DNA of 64,000 nucleotides from Nanobdellota archaeon (GCA_018901755.1 JAHIDZ010000001.1:10454-74453); one strand, 5' to 3'; counted from the first letter of the stretch, positions 9,174 to 18,554 are shown. Translations and numbers: made by a program. Notes: generated by a model not told the origin, from the letters alone.

Positions 9174-9962
9174 TTATTCTATAATTCGAATGTCGGCTAT
9201 GTGGCATCCTTTATCATCACAAAATACTGGATTCATGTCCATTTCGTTTATTCCGTTTTTCAAAGCGAAGTTTCCAACCCTTACTAAAAGATCATAAAGT
9301 GAATTAAAATTAATTGGAGGTTTACCACGTGCGCCAGCAAGCATTTCATAGCCAGCCAATTCTTTAACCATTGCTTCAGCATCACTAACAGCAATAGGAC
9401 AAACTCTAAATTTAACATCTTTGAACACTTCTACATAGATTCCTCCAAGTCCGACAGAAACAACACAACCGAATTGTGGATCTGATTTAGCACCAATAAT
9501 AAGTTCAATACCGTCTTTGAATTCCTGGGCTAAAACTTTTTCAGCACCTTTAATTTTCATTAATTTTTTAAATGCTTCATCTGCTTCTTCAGGAGTATTT
9601 ACTTTGATAATTCCATCTACTTCTGTTTTGTGTACAATTTTTGTACTAGAAACTTTAAACATGCAAGGAAATCCTATAGCTTTTAATGAAGGTATGTCTT
9701 TCTCAGTTTTTAAGAAAATAGTTTTTAGAGTAGGTAATTTAGCAGACTTAACCATATCGTATGCTTTATTATCATCTAGCTTTTCTATTATTGGTAGTTT
9801 GATAGCTGATTTATGTTTAGATTTGGTCACTGGTTTACGTACAGGTTTAGAAACCCTTTTTACGACTTTTTTATGAATAATAGCCTTTTTTACAGTCTTT
9901 GGCTTAGGTTTAGAATGTTTTACAACTTTTTTTACAGGTTTCTTAAAAAGAGTGAATGCCAT
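9174..9962 (-). CDS. acdB: Acetate--CoA ligase (ADP-forming), beta subunit, with Lys-rich N-terminal extension
   Basis: HKTEVDG, DPQFG, GLGGIYVEVFKD, EMDMNP motifs. Confidence 0.9.
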   Translation of the reverse strand: MAFTLFKKPVKKVVKHSKPKPKTVKKAIIHKKVVKRVSKPVRKPVTKSKHKSAIKLPIIEKLDDNKAYDMVKSAKLPTLKTIFLKTEKDIPSLKAIGFPCMFKVSSTKIVHKTEVDGIIKVNTPEEADEAFKKLMKIKGAEKVLAQEFKDGIELIIGAKSDPQFGCVVSVGLGGIYVEVFKDVKFRVCPIAVSDAEAMVKELAGYEMLAGARGKPPINFNSLYDLLVRVGNFALKNGINEMDMNPVFCDDKGCHIADIRIIE

Positions 9963-9998
9963 GTATCATTATGTGGTTAACTTTTATTTAAATGTTCT

Positions 9999-10739
9999 AT
10001 GAGTATTGATATTATGGATTTCACACTGATAGGTTTACCATACGATGAAACACAGACATTTCGTAAAGGGGCAAGCAAAGCACCAGATATGATTAGAAGT
10101 ATTTTTCCTAAACTAGAGACGTTTGTTAATGGCGTTGATTTAACAGAACATTTTATTGAAGATCTCGGCAATCTGACTAAAGAGCAACTATCTACTGCGA
10201 ATATTACAAAGTTTCCTATTTTTATCGGTGGTGAACACACGGTTACGGAGTGGGCTGTCGATAAACTGAAACCTAAAAATGTTGTTATCTTTGATGCGCA
10301 TCCTGACTGTGAAGATAGTGGTAAGCACGATGGAGTTACAAAACGCCTTGCTGGGAAGGGATATAATACCTATATTATAGCATATGGGCTGAGAACTATA
10401 TCTAAAAAAGAACAAGAATACTTGAATAGTGGAAAAGTTAAAGTTATTGACGCAAGTGAACTTGCTACACTGAAAGGTGATACGTTTGTTTCTTTTGATT
10501 TAGATATTTTAGATCCAGCAGTATTACCAGCTGTAGGTAATCCAGAACCAAGTGGTTTGTCTTTTGGAGAATTAATTGCGATATTCAATATGCTTGAAAA
10601 TGCAAATATTGTTGGTGTTGATTTTGTTGAATACACACCGACTGAGAAGGATAATGATATTTATTTATCTATAGCTGGAAAATTAATATATTCTATAATG
10701 AGTGAAATTATAAGAAAAAAAGAAAATAAAATTGCCTAA
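9999..10739 (+). CDS. speB: Agmatinase/arginase family ureohydrolase
   Basis: GGEHT, DAHPD, SFDLDILDP, GNPEPSG motifs. Confidence 0.85.
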   Translation: MSIDIMDFTLIGLPYDETQTFRKGASKAPDMIRSIFPKLETFVNGVDLTEHFIEDLGNLTKEQLSTANITKFPIFIGGEHTVTEWAVDKLKPKNVVIFDAHPDCEDSGKHDGVTKRLAGKGYNTYIIAYGLRTISKKEQEYLNSGKVKVIDASELATLKGDTFVSFDLDILDPAVLPAVGNPEPSGLSFGELIAIFNMLENANIVGVDFVEYTPTEKDNDIYLSIAGKLIYSIMSEIIRKKENKIA

Positions 10740-10740
10740 T

Positions 10741-11049
10741 TTAGAATCCCATTATTCCAGTCTGTTCTTCGCTAGAAGATGCAGGTTCTTCAGGCATTGT
10801 TGGTGTTATGTGTTTTATGATTACAACATCACTTACATTATCTACAAGTCTGTAAGGTATGATTACTCCTTTTTTACCACCAACTACGTTAGCTAAAAAT
10901 GAACCTCTAGATGCTTCTATTACCAACGAATCTACTCTGAATTTAGTCAGATCTACAGAAAGGTCTACAACTTTCCCACAAAAACTACCCTTATTGGTAA
11001 ATACATCCTTACCCATCATTTCTGTTGCGTTTTTTACAGTTATTCCCAT
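10741..11049 (-). CDS. PRC-barrel domain protein (CdpB-like)
   Basis: GKDVFTNKG.FCGKVVD...IIPYRLVDNVSDVVII. Confidence 0.85.
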   Translation of the reverse strand: MGITVKNATEMMGKDVFTNKGSFCGKVVDLSVDLTKFRVDSLVIEASRGSFLANVVGGKKGVIIPYRLVDNVSDVVIIKHITPTMPEEPASSSEEQTGIMGF

Positions 11050-11142
11050 GTTTTTTACCTCCTAAAATAATACAATCGTATTAAATAACTACGAGTGTCT
11101 AATAAATAAATAACTGCGTTGATATATAAAGTTTATAGGAAT

Positions 11143-11231
11143 GCTGGGGTCGCGCAGCTTGGTAACGCGCAGGCCTGCTAAGTCTGTTTCCCTTTCGGGA
11201 TTCGTGGGTTCAAATCCCACCTCCAGCGCCA
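11143..11231 (+). tRNA. trnS: tRNA-Ser(GCT)
   Basis: GCTGGGG/CTCCAGC acceptor, CAGGC-CTGCTAA-GTCTG, long variable arm, TTCAAAT, GCCA. Confidence 0.96.
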
Positions 11232-11244
11232 TTATGCTGATTTT

Positions 11245-11838
11245 ATGAAAATTACAAATAATATCATAAAAGAGATTAAACAAAATATTCATTCAACTGT
11301 AAAAGACAAGAAAAAATTGCAGAAATTAATAGATTCTTATTTCCCTGGTGGAAAGGCTTACGGAGCAAGAAATCCAGAAGTTAGAAAAATAGCTAAAAAA
11401 TATTTAAAAGAATTGAAAAAAGATAAAAAAATTTTACTTAAAGTTTCTAAAGAACTTTGGAAAGACGGCCACATTGAACCAAGAATAATTGCTTCTATTT
11501 TTATTGGTTCAATTATATATGAAAAAGAGTCTATCGTATTAATTAAGAAATGGGTGCCAACTTTAGATAATTGGGCAAACGCAGATTTACTGATGGGTGA
11601 AACGAAAAGATACTGGATTGAACATTCTAAAGAAACTTTAGTATATTCTAAAAAATTAATCAAATCTAAAAATCCATGGGATAGAAGATTTGGTTTAATA
11701 ATTCTAATATTTCCAATTCGACGACATAAAATAACTAAAAAACAAGCAACTGATATTGCCAACAGATTAAAAGATGATAGAGAAAAATATGTAAGAAAAG
11801 GATATATCTGGCTAATGGACCAAATATCTAAATCATAG
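11245..11838 (+). CDS. AlkD-like DNA alkylation repair protein
   Basis: YGARNPEVRKIAK, LDNWANAD, SKNPWDRRFG, DREKYVRKG.IW. Confidence 0.85.
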   Translation: MKITNNIIKEIKQNIHSTVKDKKKLQKLIDSYFPGGKAYGARNPEVRKIAKKYLKELKKDKKILLKVSKELWKDGHIEPRIIASIFIGSIIYEKESIVLIKKWVPTLDNWANADLLMGETKRYWIEHSKETLVYSKKLIKSKNPWDRRFGLIILIFPIRRHKITKKQATDIANRLKDDREKYVRKGYIWLMDQISKS

Positions 11839-11882
11839 AAATAGTGCTTCAACTCGATTCAATATTCAAATTTTTAATAAAA

Positions 11883-11905
11883 AATAAAGATATAAATATT
11901 CTAAA
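11883..11905 (+). repeat. 23-bp direct repeat, copy 1 (BRE/TATA-like), upstream of the phosphatase
   Basis: AATAAAGATATAAATATTCTAAA, identical to 13908-13930. Confidence 0.8.
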
Positions 11906-11917
11906 CCTATCTTATTT

Positions 11918-12481
11918 ATGAAATTAATAATTGTAAGACATGGTGATATAGGTACTGTAAAAAATACCTTTACAGGTAAAACTGATAAGCTTCTAACAGA
12001 AAACGGTAAAGAAGAAGCTAAGAAGCTTGCTCAAGAACTTTCTAAATTTAAAATTGATAAAATATATTCTAGTCCATATATTAGAGCAGTTCAAACTGCA
12101 GAGGAAATATCAAAAATTGTAAAAAGAAATGTTATAATAACTAATGCTCTCAAGGAAGTAGATTTTGGTATTTTTGATGGGCTTACATCTGAAGAAGCAC
12201 TTGAAAAATATCCAAATCTATTTGAAAACCGATTAAAAGATAAATGGAACTATAAAATATTAGATGGGGAAAGTTATTCTGGTGCTTCAGCAAGAGTTAT
12301 AAATTTTATTAATTCAATTGTTTCAGAAACTGAAGATAATATTATTCTTGTTACACACGCAACACTGATAAAGATAATAATGGTTTCTATCTTGAATAAA
12401 AAACTTGAAGATGTCGAAAAGGATTATATAAAAACAGCTTCATATCGAATAATAGAATTTAAAGATGGAAAATTTAACTAG
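11918..12481 (+). CDS. Histidine phosphatase (phosphoglycerate mutase family)
   Basis: IVRHG, YSSPYIRAVQTA, LKEVDFG, GES, VTH. Confidence 0.92.
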   Translation: MKLIIVRHGDIGTVKNTFTGKTDKLLTENGKEEAKKLAQELSKFKIDKIYSSPYIRAVQTAEEISKIVKRNVIITNALKEVDFGIFDGLTSEEALEKYPNLFENRLKDKWNYKILDGESYSGASARVINFINSIVSETEDNIILVTHATLIKIIMVSILNKKLEDVEKDYIKTASYRIIEFKDGKFN

Positions 12482-13856
12482 ATTTCTTTTGATGCTCGAA
12501 GAAATATGGTTTTGTTATATTATGTTGTTTTAATTCTGATTCTATAAAATTGTCAATTTCGCGAGTATTGCTACCACATATAAGTTCTCTATTAATATTA
12601 AATGTTTTTTGAGCTCCCCATACTCTCTCTTGTGTATCCTGTATAATGGATGCATCAAGCATGGTTAATATTTTTGGGGCAATGAAATCGGGTATATGTT
12701 CAATAAATTCTAAAAAATTGAATTCGTTTTTTTCAGCTTCAGCGTGTAGATTATTTTTATCGAAGTGATATATGAGCCCGTATAAATTTTTGTTAGCTGC
12801 CGTATAAAAGCAATGTGAATGAAGTTTTAAGACCGGTAAGTTCAACAGAATATCATATTCTTTTAAATTGGCTATTCTAAAATTAGTATTATTATATGAG
12901 CACTGTTTAAAACTGAAATCATACATACTTACGATATCTGTTTTATGTTCTTCTGCAACGGTTTTCAATTTTAATCCATTAATAATTTGTTTAGAACGTT
13001 CTTCTATTTGTTTGTCGGCCAACATAGCCGATAGAAATCCAGCAATATATGAATCGCCAGCGCCTACATGATTTATTTGTTCTGTTTCAAATGGAGCAAT
13101 TTGTATATTTTTCCCCTTATTTTTTATTACTGATCCATTTTTTCCAAGTGTTACTACCACAATGTCTGAAAAGCCATTAAGGTATTCTGTTGCGCTATCA
13201 ACGTTTTCCGTTCCAGAAATTTTTTTAGCTTCAGATTCGTTTGAAAATATAATATTAGCTTTCCGTATTACTTTTTCTAATAATCTGTTGTCCATTATTT
13301 TAGTTCCGCTAAGATTTAGTGCAATAATAGAGAAATTTGAGGCATAATCAACTATTTCTAACATATTTTCGTACGAATTTCCAATAAAAGAATATATGCT
13401 CGTGTTAAATATGTCGCATTTTTCTATTAACGTTTTGGTATCTTCATCAAAAACAAGATCATCGGATGATCCATAGTTGCATACATTTGTAACATCATTT
13501 TTTACTTTGAAATTAAAAATATATGGCGTACATTTGTGCGAGTGTTGAAAATGGCATTCTACACCGTTTTCTTTTAAAATCTCTTCATATTCTTTACCAT
13601 TTTCATCTGTACCAACACATGCTACTAGCTGGGAGTTGGCCCCTAAAATAGACATCAAAGAGGCGGTATTTCCTTCACTTCCACCATAGTACTTTCTTGG
13701 TTTATATGGCTTGAGCATTTTTAATATTTCTTCTGGCTTTTGCTTCAAATAATTTACTTTTCCAATTTCATAGTTATTTTCATGTAGGAATATATTATCT
13801 TTTAATTCGATAAAATAGTCTATCATGGGTCTTCCGATAGCCAAGAATGATGACAT
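12474..13856 (-). CDS. PfkB family carbohydrate/nucleoside kinase fused to a DUF362-like C-terminal part
   Basis: GGSEGN, NESEA, VTLGKNGS, GAGDSYIAGF; then LNLPVLKLHSH...ANKNLYG. Confidence 0.8.
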   Translation of the reverse strand: MSSFLAIGRPMIDYFIELKDNIFLHENNYEIGKVNYLKQKPEEILKMLKPYKPRKYYGGSEGNTASLMSILGANSQLVACVGTDENGKEYEEILKENGVECHFQHSHKCTPYIFNFKVKNDVTNVCNYGSSDDLVFDEDTKTLIEKCDIFNTSIYSFIGNSYENMLEIVDYASNFSIIALNLSGTKIMDNRLLEKVIRKANIIFSNESEAKKISGTENVDSATEYLNGFSDIVVVTLGKNGSVIKNKGKNIQIAPFETEQINHVGAGDSYIAGFLSAMLADKQIEERSKQIINGLKLKTVAEEHKTDIVSMYDFSFKQCSYNNTNFRIANLKEYDILLNLPVLKLHSHCFYTAANKNLYGLIYHFDKNNLHAEAEKNEFNFLEFIEHIPDFIAPKILTMLDASIIQDTQERVWGAQKTFNINRELICGSNTREIDNFIESELKQHNITKPYFFEHQKKSS

Positions 13857-13907
13857 AATTTAATAATATATAGTAAACTATAAATATTGATATTTTAAAT
13901 GACATAC

Positions 13908-13930
13908 AATAAAGATATAAATATTCTAAA
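13908..13930 (+). promoter_or_regulatory. tRNA-Glu promoter (TATA-like); copy 2 of the 23-bp repeat
   Basis: TATAAATA about 27-34 nt upstream of the tRNA start. Confidence 0.7.
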
Positions 13931-13949
13931 TACAACTAGTTATTACGAT

Positions 13950-14104
13950 GCTCCCATCGTCTAGTCCGGTCAAGGATCCGAGCCTTTCGAATTCTATTCG
14001 AAAGGATTGAGCCTGTTGGCTATGAATAGGATAAAGACAGCTCGTGATGACACGAATTTTTGGTGTCACGAGAAACTTGGGTTCAAATCCCAGTGGGAGC
14101 ACCA
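13950..14104 (+). tRNA. trnE: tRNA-Glu(TTC) with two introns: 13990-14038 (37/38) and 14047-14074 (45/46)
   Basis: GCTCCCA/TGGGAGC acceptor; BHB central helices CTTT/AAAG and CTCG/CGAG; splicing restores CGAGC-CTTTCGA-GCTCG and a TGAC variable loop. Confidence 0.92.
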
Positions 14105-14176
14105 TGATTCTATTACCCCTTACGGATACGTGGAACGAATCGTAATAAGGATACTTCTATAAGTAAAAATTAAAGG

Positions 14177-14999
14177 GTGATAGAAGTGGATATCCACCAA
14201 ACCGAGCAGAGATTAAAAACACTTTGGATCAGGACAGAAAAATATTGCGTTAAAGATATTGATAACATTAGAAAATTCCAGGATGAAATGTTTGCAAACG
14301 GACTTTCAAACAACAGAGCTTTGCTGTATCTGAATGCGATTTATTCTATTTCCAAGATCACTGAAAAGAAACTTGCTGATTTGACTAAAGACGAAATAAA
14401 AGAAATTGTCGCTGAAATAGAACGAAGCAATAAAGCTGAATGGACTAAAGTAAAATACAAACTAACCTTAAAGAAGTTCTATCAATTTGTGGAAAAACTT
14501 GAATGGTACTCCAAAGAATATCCTGACCGGGTTAAATGGATAAACTCAGGAGCTAGAAAATCTAAACTTTTAAGACCAATTATTCTGACTGAAGACGAAG
14601 TTAAAAGATTGTTTAAAGCAGCTGAACGAGGAAGAGAAAAAGCAATGTGCTCGTTTATGTACGAGAGCGGTTGCAGATGCCCGGACGAATTGTTTCATAT
14701 GAAAGTTGGAGATGTTGAATTTGATGAGTATGGAGCTAAAGTTAAACTGACTTCAGGAAAAGTAGGAACGAGAAATATAAGAATTATTTCAAGCGTGCCG
14801 TATATGAAAATATGGATAAATGAGGATCATCCTTAAGGAATTGGCTAAAACAGAGCTGATCAAGATAGTGCCAAATCGCGGAATCAGAATCCTGGACACA
14901 GATAAAACAAAAGAAATTATGGCCAGTCAGTTGCCTGAATGGTACACTGAACTGATGGAAAAGTATGTAAAAGAGATGAAACAAACAATAAAAGTTTAG
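14177..14999 (+). pseudogene. Tyrosine recombinase/integrase, internally deleted
   Basis: N-terminal domain and YESGCR present; stop at 14836 before any HxxR or catalytic Tyr; out-of-frame tail-like remnant to 14999. Confidence 0.85.
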
Positions 15000-15005
15000 A
15001 GCTAT

Positions 15006-15045
15006 TGGGTGACTACGTTTTCTTATTTTGTAGTCACCTATTTTT
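15006..15045. terminator. Hairpin between convergent integrase and HEPN genes
   Basis: GGTGACTAC-N13-GTAGTCACC followed by a T tract. Confidence 0.55.
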
Positions 15046-15065
15046 CTATAAGTTAACTATAATTA

Positions 15066-15578
15066 TTATTTCTCTATAATTACTTTAGTCTTATCTAAGA
15101 TCTTCTTAGCTAAATCTAAAAGTTCACTTAATATTTTATCTTCTAATGATAATTTTGTAGTGTACTGATACATTTCTCTTATATTAACAGCTGTAGGTTC
15201 TTCGTGTCTTTCTTCTATATCAAGAATAGTTATTTTATCCATATCTTCTTTCTCAATATCAATAGAACCGTCTTCAATTAAACTCTCTATTAGAGCAAAT
15301 GTGCATTCCTGATTTCTGCTCTCATATCCAAATTTTGCGATAATAGACAGAAAGCAATGATACATTGTATAAAATAAAGTGCTTGAGCACCAGTCTGTAT
15401 ATCCTCCTTTTTGCAGATATAAAGTTGCTTTAAGATTATGTTCAGCTTTCATTATATGCTCTCTTGCTTTATTTATGTCAGGTTCTGTTTTAAGCAGACC
15501 TCTATGTGTTTTGCCTTCTTTTATTTCTTTTTCTGCTTTGCTTAAGCACCATTTTATCTTATTCTCTGCATGACTCAT
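15066..15578 (-). CDS. HEPN domain protein (toxin)
   Basis: HIMKAEHNL, YTMYHCF, RNQECT, R...Y motif; overlaps the upstream MNT gene. Confidence 0.85.
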   Translation of the reverse strand: MSHAENKIKWCLSKAEKEIKEGKTHRGLLKTEPDINKAREHIMKAEHNLKATLYLQKGGYTDWCSSTLFYTMYHCFLSIIAKFGYESRNQECTFALIESLIEDGSIDIEKEDMDKITILDIEERHEEPTAVNIREMYQYTTKLSLEDKILSELLDLAKKILDKTKVIIEK

Positions 15579-16161
15579 TGTAAATCTCCAAAAACTTTTC
15601 TTCTCCAAATACAATAATGCCACTTATTGCATTTAAAACGACCTTATCTCTTTTTTTAATATTGCTAATCATGTCTTCAGGCGACTGATAAACAGGATGT
15701 ATTTTTTTGACATTTATATCATTTAGTTCTTTTATTTCTTTTTTCAGGTTTTCAAATTTCTTCTGATCTGTCACAAACAAGACGTCGATGTCGTTAGGTT
15801 CCTTATCTTTTAACACAGAACCGAATAAAATTGATATGTCAGAACTTTTTATTTTCTTTATTTCATTTACCCATCTTTTAATTATCCCGACAGAGCTTGT
15901 AGATTCTCTGGATAATAGGAGTTTGATATAATTTCTTGAATAATTATTTTTAGTGTCTATTCTATAGATAGTTGATCTTCCAATTTTCTTTGGTATTAAT
16001 ATTGATTCCTTTTCCAGCTTTTTTAGTATCTTTAATGCTCCCATTGAACTTATCCCTGAAATCTTCGAAATGCTATTTGCATTGTACATGATATGCGGAT
16101 TTTTTATAATGCTCAATACGATTTTCATTTCATTTTCAGTTATATCCTTATATAAACTCAT
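15559..16161 (-). CDS. wHTH plus minimal nucleotidyltransferase (antitoxin)
   Basis: N-terminal HTH; LFGS...NDIDVL. Confidence 0.88.
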   Translation of the reverse strand: MSLYKDITENEMKIVLSIIKNPHIMYNANSISKISGISSMGALKILKKLEKESILIPKKIGRSTIYRIDTKNNYSRNYIKLLLSRESTSSVGIIKRWVNEIKKIKSSDISILFGSVLKDKEPNDIDVLFVTDQKKFENLKKEIKELNDINVKKIHPVYQSPEDMISNIKKRDKVVLNAISGIIVFGEEKFLEIYNESCRE

Positions 16162-16190
16162 AGTTTATATATATAAACCCGTAGTTTATA
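16151..16190. promoter_or_regulatory. Tandem palindromic operators over the MNT start and promoter
   Basis: TATAAACT-cat-AGTTTATA (16151-16169) and TATAAACC-cgt-AGTTTATA (16172-16190). Confidence 0.65.
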
Positions 16191-16310
16191 AAGCTATTAC
16201 TTTGTTTATTTTTCTCTAAAATCATGAAAGAAGAAATTTCAAAAATAAGAGTTGGATATAAATTACTTGCTATTACAATAATGTTTATTGGAGTATTCCT
16301 AATATTATAA
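16185..16310 (+). pseudogene. 3'-terminal remnant of an EamA-type transporter gene
   Basis: LFFSKIMKEEISKIRVGYKLLAITIMFIGVFLIL resembles the C-terminus PKIMKEEFEGRVLWTKIIAIVLLLIGTFIM of 19764-20660. Confidence 0.65.
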
Positions 16311-16320
16311 TGGTGTTTGA

Positions 16321-16716
16321 ATGAAAGAAAATAGAGTATCAATTGAAATCAATTGTTCAGCTTCAAAGATTTTCAAGTTTACCATAAATCCTGCTAACAC
16401 ACATTTATGGATTGATAGTATTGTTCGTGAGGAAACTAATGAATCCCCCACAAAAATTGGAACCGAATACAAAAATCTTAATAAGCAAGGCAAATGGGCA
16501 GCCTATACAATTGTTCAGTTCGAGCCGAATAAGATGTTTGAACTGAAGAAGAAGAATAGCTTCTATCATGTTCGTTACATATTTGAACCAGTTTCTGACC
16601 ACAAAACAAAATTTACTTATTTTGAGTGGGTCGAAAAAGGCGAATTGGAAGAACCATTTTCTCTAACTGTCTTGGAAAAACTCAGAGAAATTGTTGAAAC
16701 GGATAAAGGTGAATAG
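16321..16716 (+). CDS. SRPBCC/START-like protein
   Basis: SIEINCSASKIFKF...W...FEPNK pattern. Confidence 0.75.
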   Translation: MKENRVSIEINCSASKIFKFTINPANTHLWIDSIVREETNESPTKIGTEYKNLNKQGKWAAYTIVQFEPNKMFELKKKNSFYHVRYIFEPVSDHKTKFTYFEWVEKGELEEPFSLTVLEKLREIVETDKGE

Positions 16717-17025
16717 ATGAGTTTCATACTTTGTTATATTACAAATTCAAGCGAAGAAGAAGCATTGAAGATAATTAATTATTTAACTGAAAAGAGAATA
16801 GTTGCTTGTGGAAACGCATTTCCAATTAAAAGTGCTTTTTGGTGGAAAGGAAAGATTGATAACACAAATGAATGGGTAGCTATTATTAAGACTAAGGAAG
16901 AAAATTGGGAGAAAGTAAAAGAAGAGGTTAAGAAAATACATTCATATGAAATTCCATGTATTATTAAGATTAAAGTTGAAGCAAATGAAGATTATGAAAA
17001 GTGGTTGAATGAAGAGGTAAGGTAA
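16717..17025 (+). CDS. cutA: Divalent-cation tolerance protein CutA
   Basis: VACGN, FWWKGKI, IHSYEIPCI. Confidence 0.92.
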   Translation: MSFILCYITNSSEEEALKIINYLTEKRIVACGNAFPIKSAFWWKGKIDNTNEWVAIIKTKEENWEKVKEEVKKIHSYEIPCIIKIKVEANEDYEKWLNEEVR

Positions 17026-17262
17026 ATGATTGAATTAAAACCAGGTATTTACAAACATTTCAAAGGAAATATGTATGAAGCAATAGGTGTAGCCAGACAT
17101 TCGGAAACATTAGAAGAACTTGTTGTTTACAAAGCACTTTATGACCATCCAAAATATGGAACAGATTCAATTTGGGTTAGACCATTAAAGATGTTTATTG
17201 AGAACGTTATGGTCGAAGGTAAGGAAGTTCCGAGGTTTAAGTTTGTTGAAGAGGTGAAATAA
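17026..17262 (+). CDS. DUF1653 protein
   Basis: [29 protein letters not shown]. Confidence 0.9.
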   Translation: MIELKPGIYKHFKGNMYEAIGVARHSETLEELVVYKALYDHPKYGTDSIWVRPLKMFIENVMVEGKEVPRFKFVEEVK

Positions 17263-17263
17263 C

Positions 17264-17839
17264 ATGAAAAAAATATATAATTTTATCTCGTTTATACTTG
17301 CCGCGCCAATTGTAGCAATTTATGTTTCAATTATATTTGCATTTTTTGGTCCAGAACAATTTGTTAATATGAATAGAATAGTTGCTGCTTTTTTAGGATC
17401 ATTATTTCTGGGTGTAATACCCCTAACAACAACAGTCATGTTGTATAAATTTAAGGCCATAAATGATGTTGCACCAAAAAAAGAAGACCGCCCAATGGGT
17501 TATGTGGTTGGTATAATGAGTTTCATATTTGCTCTCATACTGTTTTATTATTTCGATTCACGTGTGATGTTTTTAATATCATTGGCATATATTGTTGTTA
17601 GTTCAGTTTCATTGTTAGTAAATAAATTTTCAAAGCTAAGCGTGCACGTAGCAGGTGTGATTGGTCCAATTACGGCACTTGTTTATGTGTTTGGATTAGG
17701 TTTAATTCCACTGTATGTCTTAGTTCTTCCTGTTGCCTATGCAAGAATAAAGTTAAAGGCGCATAGTTTAATGGAAGTACTGTTGGGTGTTATTGTAGGA
17801 TTCAGTGTTACATATTTGACCTATTTTATAATGTGGTAA
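17264..17839 (+). CDS. PAP2-like membrane protein
   Basis: KLSVH, ARIKLKAHS motifs; multi-TM. Confidence 0.75.
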   Translation: MKKIYNFISFILAAPIVAIYVSIIFAFFGPEQFVNMNRIVAAFLGSLFLGVIPLTTTVMLYKFKAINDVAPKKEDRPMGYVVGIMSFIFALILFYYFDSRVMFLISLAYIVVSSVSLLVNKFSKLSVHVAGVIGPITALVYVFGLGLIPLYVLVLPVAYARIKLKAHSLMEVLLGVIVGFSVTYLTYFIMW

Positions 17840-17886
17840 ACGCGTCTTTGAGAAGCATTTAAATCCTTTTCTATTCTATTATAATT

Positions 17887-18438
17887 ATGAATAAAGTTGA
17901 CGGTATCAGAAGCAAACCATCATATGATATTATTGAGAGTATGCCGGATGGTTCAATAAAAAAATACTTTAATAAACACTGGAGCAGAACCCATTCTTTA
18001 GCTAATATAATTCATGATTGTGAACAGGACGGTTATAATTTTGATAAAGAAGCGGGAATGTTATTTAAACCGAGAAAAATCGCAGAAGAGGAACTTAACA
18101 AAACATGTTTAGACATTGTATTTTTAAGACCGAGTACACTTCATTATCATCCAGACGTTATAGAATTGGTAAAATATAAAAGCGGTGCAGGACAGTTGCA
18201 TGAGTTTGGTTACAATTACTCTTCTGATAGTATTCTTGAAAATATGATAAATGGAAAAGTTCATAAAATTCATCAATTTTCACCTCGAAGATCGGAAAAT
18301 TCATCTGCAATAGGTATTGATATAACACATGGATTTAAACCAAGTCCAAAACCCGGTTATTTAGAAATAGAGTTGGTTTGTTCTGGGATTTTAGATATGA
18401 ATCAAGAAGTTACTATAAAGCCATTTAATGAGTGGTAG
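17887..18438 (+). CDS. Hypothetical protein, possible cupin-like fold
   Basis: LHYHPDVIE...THGF. Confidence 0.55.
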   Translation: MNKVDGIRSKPSYDIIESMPDGSIKKYFNKHWSRTHSLANIIHDCEQDGYNFDKEAGMLFKPRKIAEEELNKTCLDIVFLRPSTLHYHPDVIELVKYKSGAGQLHEFGYNYSSDSILENMINGKVHKIHQFSPRRSENSSAIGIDITHGFKPSPKPGYLEIELVCSGILDMNQEVTIKPFNEW

Positions 18439-18465
18439 ACCATTTCTTAAAATAGTTTAATTTTA

Positions 18466-18498
18466 TGGGTCCGCTCAGCCAAATGACAACCGTTATAT
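18466..18498 (+). repeat. 33-bp intergenic element, copy 1
   Basis: TGGGTCC-N6-CCAAATGACAA-N3-TTATAT, 26/33 identical to 24947-24979. Confidence 0.7.
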
Positions 18499-18554
18499 GG
18501 GTTTTAATAAGCAGATGTTAACTATTTATATACAAGTGTTAACAATCTATTAAC

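Noticed and set aside
11089-11292. ORFs overlapping tRNA-Ser, tRNA-Ala (60696-60983) and the many antisense ORFs in the track
   Set aside because: They are shadow frames of confidently assigned genes, with no motifs or RBS.
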